Origin: Candidatus Krumholzibacteriia bacterium
GTDB taxonomy: Bacteria > Krumholzibacteriota > Krumholzibacteriia > Krumholzibacteriales > Krumholzibacteriaceae
Reading direction: 5' to 3'
Assembly: GCA_963836185.1 (NCBI GenBank)
Contig: CAWIIQ010000002.1
Span: forward strand, 160,001-224,000
Length of the DNA stretch: 64,000 nt
Part shown: positions 58,772-64,000 of the stretch, piece by piece
How positions within the stretch are numbered: position 1 is the first letter of the stretch
Layout: the number at the start of each line of letters is the position of its first letter
Translations under genes and position numbers: made by a program
Notes under the pieces: model-generated
What the model saw: the letters and a program-made list of their open reading frames with translations, nothing else
Database searches by the model: none
What the model was told of the DNA's origin: nothing

Positions 58772-59974
58772 ATGGCGAATATCAACAAGATAAAAGGCAG
58801 GATAGCGATCCTCACCGGAGGAGGGGACGTCCCCGGTCTGAATCCCGCGATAAGAAGTGTCACGATAAGGGCGATACGCGAAGGATATGAGGTCATAGGC
58901 ATAAGGCATGGATGGTCCGGGATGATCGAGATCGTCCGTGATAAGGAAGCCGACAACAGTAGAAATTACGAATTCCTCACCGAGGCCATGGTCAACAAGA
59001 TCGGCCGTTCGGGCGGCACCTTCCTGCACAGCTCGCGGACCCGGCCTAGCAATGTGCCGGCCAGAAACGTTCCCGATCATCTCAAGGATACCTACAGCGA
59101 CGAGATGAACGACCTGACCCCCGAGGTCCTGAAGAACCTCGACTTTCTCGGTATCGACTACCTGATCCCAATCGGAGGCGACGATACTCTGAGCTATGGA
59201 GTGAGTCTGCATCACGAGGGCGTCAAGGTCATCGCGATCCCCAAGACAATGGACAACGACGTGCCCGGCACCGACTACTGCCTCGGATTCAGTACGTGCG
59301 TCACGAGGACGATCCAGATGACGAACAGTCTTCGTACTTCGGCTGGTTCCCACGAGCGGTTCCTCGTTATCGAGGTCTTTGGCAGGTACGCTGGATTCAC
59401 GGCCCTGCTGCCGACCATGGCAGGTGCGGCAAACCGCTGCGTCATCCCGGAACACCCCTTTAATATGGAGAGGCTGTGTGAACTTCTCGTCGAGGACTGG
59501 ACCACGAATCCGAGCCATTACTCGGTCGTGCTCGTATCCGAGGGAGCCATGCCCGAGGGTGAGGAGATGGTATTCGAGGACTGTGAGCAGGATGCCTACG
59601 GGCACAAGAAGCTCGGCGGCAACAGCGACTTTATATCGAAGAAACTCAAGGAGATCTCCCCGAAATACCATGGCGGGAGAAGGATCAACGTCATCAACCA
59701 GAGGCTCGGGTATCTCGTACGATGCGGCGACCCCGATGCCATCGATTCGATAGTGCCTATGGCCTTCGGCAATCTGGCGCTCAACCTGATCCTGGAAGGT
59801 ACATCCGGGCGCCTGATCGCCCTGAAGAACGGTCGGTACGACAACGTTCCAATAGAGATAGTGACGAGTTTCAAGAAGGTCGTCGATGTCGATCAGTATT
59901 ACAATACTGACCGTTTGCGCCCCTTCTACAAGAGTTTTGAGGCCAAGCCGCTCTTTATAATGGCGAGCGACTGA
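58772..59974 (+). CDS. 6-phosphofructokinase, PPi-dependent signature
   Basis: TGGGDVPG.N, GGT.L.SSR, GGDD, PKTMDND, EVFGR.AG. Confidence 0.9.
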   Translation: MANINKIKGRIAILTGGGDVPGLNPAIRSVTIRAIREGYEVIGIRHGWSGMIEIVRDKEADNSRNYEFLTEAMVNKIGRSGGTFLHSSRTRPSNVPARNVPDHLKDTYSDEMNDLTPEVLKNLDFLGIDYLIPIGGDDTLSYGVSLHHEGVKVIAIPKTMDNDVPGTDYCLGFSTCVTRTIQMTNSLRTSAGSHERFLVIEVFGRYAGFTALLPTMAGAANRCVIPEHPFNMERLCELLVEDWTTNPSHYSVVLVSEGAMPEGEEMVFEDCEQDAYGHKKLGGNSDFISKKLKEISPKYHGGRRINVINQRLGYLVRCGDPDAIDSIVPMAFGNLALNLILEGTSGRLIALKNGRYDNVPIEIVTSFKKVVDVDQYYNTDRLRPFYKSFEAKPLFIMASD

Positions 59975-59980
59975 TCCGGA

Positions 59981-60463
59981 TCACAACTTGTATCCGAATT
60001 TTCTCAGGATGTCGTGCCGCCAGGCCTTTCCCTCGTCATCCTCGATGCCTTTCGGCTTCTCCCCGTCTATGACGCCGAGGATCCCCCGTCCCTGCTTTGA
60101 TTCGGCAACGATGACTTCTACCGGGTTGGCAGTCGCGCAGAATATCCCGCAGACTTCAGGCACCGCTTTTACGGCGTTGAGGATGTTGATAGGGAAGGCA
60201 TCCTTCATGAAGATGATAAATGAGTGGCCCGCGCTGATTGCGGTAGCGTTGTTTGTCGCCAGCTCGATCATCTCCTGATCGTTTCCGGAGAATCGGATCA
60301 GGCAGTCTCCTGATGCTTCGCAGAAGGCTATCCCGAACTTGATCCCGGCAGCGGATGATATGGCGGTCTCGTGCAGATCCTCGACAGTTTTAATAAAATG
60401 TGACTGGCCGAGGATGAAGTTGATCTCCGACGGCTTCTCGATCTTTACCGTCTTAAGTTCCAT
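59981..60463 (-). CDS. Adenosine-specific kinase / DUF355 family protein
   Basis: GQSHFIKTVEDL, AFCEASG, GH.F, CATANP, GVIDG, GYKL. Confidence 0.88.
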   Translation of the reverse strand: MELKTVKIEKPSEINFILGQSHFIKTVEDLHETAISSAAGIKFGIAFCEASGDCLIRFSGNDQEMIELATNNATAISAGHSFIIFMKDAFPINILNAVKAVPEVCGIFCATANPVEVIVAESKQGRGILGVIDGEKPKGIEDDEGKAWRHDILRKFGYKL

Positions 60464-60495
60464 AGTCAACCTCCATCGCTGATTGCAGTGGCAGG

Positions 60496-62145
60496 CTATT
60501 TCTTCTTCTTGTTCAGGCCGTACTGCTTGATCTTATTATGCAGATGCTGCCTCGTCACGTCGAGCAGTTCCGCGGCCTTCGTGATCTTTCCGCCCGTTTC
60601 TTCCAGGGCCTCGATGATGATCTGTTTCTCGACTATTCGTATCTTCTCTTTGAGAGTACCTCCGGCATCTATCGTTCCCAGGACACCGTCGCTGCGGCCG
60701 AGCTGCGGGAAGTGGCTGGCCGCGAGGACCGTCGAGTCTCCACACAGGGCGAGCGCCCGCTCTATGGTGTTCTCCAGCTCCCTGACATTGCCTGGCCAGG
60801 AGCTGGACAATATCATCTTCATCGCGCTTGATTCGATCTCCATCTCACCCTTGTCCATCTTGGCGGCATATTTCTCGAGGAAATGCAGGGTCAGGGGCAG
60901 GATGTCCTCCTGCCTCTCGTTCAGGGGAGGGATGCCGACCGGTACCACGTTCAGCCTGTAGAAGAGGTCCTGGCGGAATCTGCCGGCCGTTATGTCCTCG
61001 GAAAGGTCGCGGTTTGTAGCGGCTATGACCCGGACGTCCACATTACGCACGGTGTTTTCCCCGACTCTTCTTATCTCGCCTTCCTGGAGCGCCCGCAGAA
61101 GCTTCACCTGCAGGGGCAGCGGCATGTCCCCGATCTCGTCGAGGAACAGTGTGCCTCCGCTCGCGGTCTCGAAGAGGCCGGGCTTGTCGCTCACCGCGCC
61201 TGTGAAAGAGCCCTTCTTGTGGCCGAAGAGCTCGCTCTCCAGGAGCTCCGGCGCCATCGCACCGCAGTTGATCGTTACAAGCTGGTTCGTCTTGCGGGGC
61301 CCATTGAAATGTATCGCCTTAGCGATCAGTTCCTTACCTGTTCCCGTGGCTCCAGTGATCAGAACGGTCGTGTCGAACGGCGAGATCTTCCTTATCGTGC
61401 TGAAGATCTCCATCATCGGCTTACTCTTGCCGATGATGCCGGAGAATTCGTACTTCTCGGATAGTACGGCCCTGAGCTCGAGATTTTCCCTCGCGAGGTT
61501 CTCCTTCGACATAATCAATTCGCCGTGGAGCCGGGCGTTCTCGATTGCGATCGCCGCCTGCACGGCAAAGGCGGAGAATATCGGCATGTCTTCCTGCTCT
61601 ATCTCTATGCTGAGCCTGCTGGCATCGGTGTAGATTACACCGATGACTGAATCGTCACGCATGAGGGGGAGGCAGATCGCCGTTTTCAGCTGCAGGTCTA
61701 GGACACTTTCCTGGTCCTTGTATCTGCCGTTTTTATCGATATCGGAGATGAAGAGGGGTTTGCCTTTATCGGCGGCCTCTCCGATGATCGTATGGCTCAC
61801 CTCGAAATCGCTCTCTCCGAGGTTCTGCTGCCTGCTGTCCCTGGCGATCCTGAACTCGAGCTCGCCGGTCTTGTTGCTGAGCATGAGGAATCCACGGTCC
61901 ATCTCGGCGATCTTAATCGTTGAATCGACAATATGCGACAGGAGCTCGTTGAGATTGAGTGTCGAGTTCATCGCCTTGGTGATCTCGGTCAACATCTCGA
62001 GTTTGCGCACCCGGTGCTGGCTGTTAGCTAGCTGACCGGAAAGGTCCTTGCTCTGACGGACAGCTTCTGATCCCTCGAGCTTCTCGAGATCACTTTCCAC
62101 GTCCGCAAAAAAATCTTCAGGTGCATCTTTCTTTTTTGTGCTCAT
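60496..62145 (-). CDS. GAF-domain sigma54-dependent Fis-family activator
   Basis: GAF domain, GATGTGKE, ESELFGH, GSFTGA, WPGNVRELEN, HTH. Confidence 0.95.
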   Translation of the reverse strand: MSTKKKDAPEDFFADVESDLEKLEGSEAVRQSKDLSGQLANSQHRVRKLEMLTEITKAMNSTLNLNELLSHIVDSTIKIAEMDRGFLMLSNKTGELEFRIARDSRQQNLGESDFEVSHTIIGEAADKGKPLFISDIDKNGRYKDQESVLDLQLKTAICLPLMRDDSVIGVIYTDASRLSIEIEQEDMPIFSAFAVQAAIAIENARLHGELIMSKENLARENLELRAVLSEKYEFSGIIGKSKPMMEIFSTIRKISPFDTTVLITGATGTGKELIAKAIHFNGPRKTNQLVTINCGAMAPELLESELFGHKKGSFTGAVSDKPGLFETASGGTLFLDEIGDMPLPLQVKLLRALQEGEIRRVGENTVRNVDVRVIAATNRDLSEDITAGRFRQDLFYRLNVVPVGIPPLNERQEDILPLTLHFLEKYAAKMDKGEMEIESSAMKMILSSSWPGNVRELENTIERALALCGDSTVLAASHFPQLGRSDGVLGTIDAGGTLKEKIRIVEKQIIIEALEETGGKITKAAELLDVTRQHLHNKIKQYGLNKKKK

Positions 62146-62246
62146 CCTGCCGGAACCCCCCTTTGTCCGGTCACTGACCTCTGGGCCTGTATTATCAACA
62201 GGTTACACCGGTCATTATGGTCGATCCTGACTGGGCTGGATCGTAG

Positions 62247-62509
62247 TGTAAAAAACAGTTTACTGGCAATCAATCCTGCCGCAAGGTATGTGCCACCATC
62301 AAGCGAATAAGAATATAGTGCGTAACTATCATTAATAGAGACAGATAACCCAAACATTAACGCCGGCCTCCGGAGGTGTCTTCGCTTGACAAGCCCTATT
62401 TAGGTAAAGAATGCTTTACAAGCCCACAGTCAATATTAGTTAACCATCTGTTAAATCATATGATGCTTCACTGTAAAGTAATTATAGCATATGTAAACAA
62501 AAGTTTCCA
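62247..62509. promoter_or_regulatory. Cluster of TGTAAA-N6-TTTACA-like palindromes
   Basis: 62247-62264, 62403-62420 and 62492-62509 each match 11/12; 62472-62489 matches 9/12. Confidence 0.6.
62281..62295 (-). promoter_or_regulatory. sigma54 promoter of the GAF activator
   Basis: TGGCACATACCTTGC, full consensus TGGCAC-N5-TTGC. Confidence 0.75.
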
Positions 62510-62705
62510 CTTTATATCTTAAAATATTACATCACAGCCGATTTCGTTTACAAAATTACACAAGCTGGCGACTGACTTGACCTGGCTATCACGGATATGG
62601 TAGAATTGTATAACAAGAAAGCGATGCTTCAGGCGGTTTGATACAGGGTAGTTCGCTCAGGTAATTGAAATCCGGTCGCGATTGTGTGCGACAGGAGCGA
62701 TGCTA

Positions 62706-63071
62706 ATGAGAATCTGTATCAGTCGCCTCTTTTCTTATTCTGTCCTGGCTCTGATTGTCGCCATTTTTCTGCTTTCGCTCTCCAGTGCGGCATATGCCAG
62801 GTCTCCCAGAACAGGAATCTATTCGATCTTCGATGATATCGTCGAGGCTGACCCAGGCGAAGATCCGCATCTGAAGGTCGACCCTGTGGTGGAATACGGG
62901 ATTCCCCTGTATCTGCCTGAAGGGACATCCTTATCTATGACAGATCGTGTGGACAAGGAGATTACAGGGGGACATAAGGCCACTGGTTACAAGGCAGGGA
63001 CGGGAAGATCCCGCGTGAAAACTAAATTGTTGAATACGCTGCAGATCCTGTTCGGACCATTATTCAGATAG
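62706..63071 (+). CDS. Small secreted protein
   Basis: AGGAG RBS; signal peptide ending AYA; acidic ADPGEDPH segment. Confidence 0.6.
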   Translation: MRICISRLFSYSVLALIVAIFLLSLSSAAYARSPRTGIYSIFDDIVEADPGEDPHLKVDPVVEYGIPLYLPEGTSLSMTDRVDKEITGGHKATGYKAGTGRSRVKTKLLNTLQILFGPLFR

Positions 63072-63090
63072 TCCGGAGCCGACCGACACC

Positions 63091-64000
63091 ATGCGTAAAC
63101 GACACGAGTCCGTGGAAAGGTATATATCCCATGCGCAGGGCCACCAGGCCACCGGTGACTACCGGAGTGCGCTCAAATCGGCGAGAGACGCGTTGACCGC
63201 TATCGAGGGGCAACCAGTCTCGTTCGAGATGGAGTCGCGCGTCCTGCTGCTGGCGGCGAGGAACGCGTACTATCTCAGCGGATTCGATGAATGTACGATC
63301 TACCTCGATATGCTCAGCGAACTCATACGATCCGTCAGTGTCGATGCCAGCTGCGAGCGTTATGAAGCGTCTGTGATCAGGGCGAACATTTTCAGGCGGC
63401 AGGGGGAATACCGTGCCGCGCTCGATGTGTTAAGCGACATCGACGGATCGGTCGAAAGCTGCCTGGCAGGGGCTCTGACGGGAGAGAAGTATCTTATCGA
63501 AGGTGCGTGTCACTACTTTCTGAAGGATACTCACCGCGCGAAGGAAATACTGGAAACCGCCCTCGGACTTACTGCCGGCGTATCGAGCTGGAAACTGAGG
63601 GCCAGGGTCCTGACGATGATGGGGCTTGTCCTCAGGCGCCTCGGATTCATGAGGAAAGCCGCTGACGACCTGCGCAGGGCCGCTGCCGCATGTTCAAAGA
63701 ACAATGACGAATATGGTCTTGCCGCCGCGCTCCTCAATCTCGGGATAACGCAATACCACGTCGGCGACATCGAGGCTGCAGAAAGATCCTTTATAAAGGC
63801 CTCTGCGCTCTTTGAACGCATCAACTGGCATATCGGAAGATGCAGATGCCTCATCGCCCTCGGAAACACAGCCAGGATGAGGGAAGCGCTCGATGAAGCG
63901 CTGGAACTCTACTCGGACGCATCCAGGCTCGCGAAGGAGCAGACATACCAGCGTGAGCTGGCGCAGTCCCTCTCGGGTATCGCTTCGCTCCACACAAGCA
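63091..64000 (+). CDS. TPR-repeat protein (partial, runs off window end)
   Basis: Translated by hand, open from ATG 63091: MRKRHESVERY...ARVLTMMGLV...ALLNLGITQYHVGD..AA..SF.KA...CLIALGN. Confidence 0.8.
   Translation, partial: MRKRHESVERYISHAQGHQATGDYRSALKSARDALTAIEGQPVSFEMESRVLLLAARNAYYLSGFDECTIYLDMLSELIRSVSVDASCERYEASVIRANIFRRQGEYRAALDVLSDIDGSVESCLAGALTGEKYLIEGACHYFLKDTHRAKEILETALGLTAGVSSWKLRARVLTMMGLVLRRLGFMRKAADDLRRAAAACSKNNDEYGLAAALLNLGITQYHVGDIEAAERSFIKASALFERINWHIGRCRCLIALGNTARMREALDEALELYSDASRLAKEQTYQRELAQSLSGIASLHTS

Noticed and set aside
62142-62357. 71-aa minus-strand ORF upstream of the GAF activator
   Set aside because: It spans the sigma54 promoter and an operator-like site, so it is likely non-coding.
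1-64000. CRISPR arrays, tRNA/rRNA, transposases, integrases, prophage genes
   Set aside because: None recognised by eye; tRNAscan, Infernal and a CRISPR finder would be needed to exclude them formally.

Overview
GC-rich bacterial chromosome segment. PorV-like and CTD-bearing proteins suggest an FCB-group organism (inference). About 1-28.5 kb is a large surface-glycan locus: T9SS-type proteins, a beta-helix protein, four glycosyltransferases, heparinase II/III, a deacetylase, AsnB, an oxidoreductase, an acyltransferase, an O-antigen-ligase-like protein and an ACP / AMP-ligase / NadE-like / amidotransferase cassette. Inside it lies the most unusual element: a tightly packed module of HprK-like kinase, diverged RtcB-family ligase, degenerate methyltransferase-fold protein and APH-type kinase, possibly an RtcB repurposed for glycan phosphodiester chemistry. 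A second ACP / ligase / NadE-like cassette lies at 39-42 kb. The rest is mostly housekeeping (ilvE, rpiB, glyA, nrdR, tatC, rsfS, argS, purM, PPi-type pfk) plus signalling genes (HD-GYP, two STAS proteins, two sigma54 activators, a TPR protein). Non-coding signals include seven sigma54-type promoter motifs, a candidate sRNA of about 125 nt with a near-consensus promoter and terminator (57.3-57.5 kb), and TyrR-box-like palindromes at 62.2-62.5 kb. Three genes carry apparent frameshifts. I saw no rRNA, tRNA, CRISPR array or mobile element. All calls come from reading motifs by eye; no database search was run.
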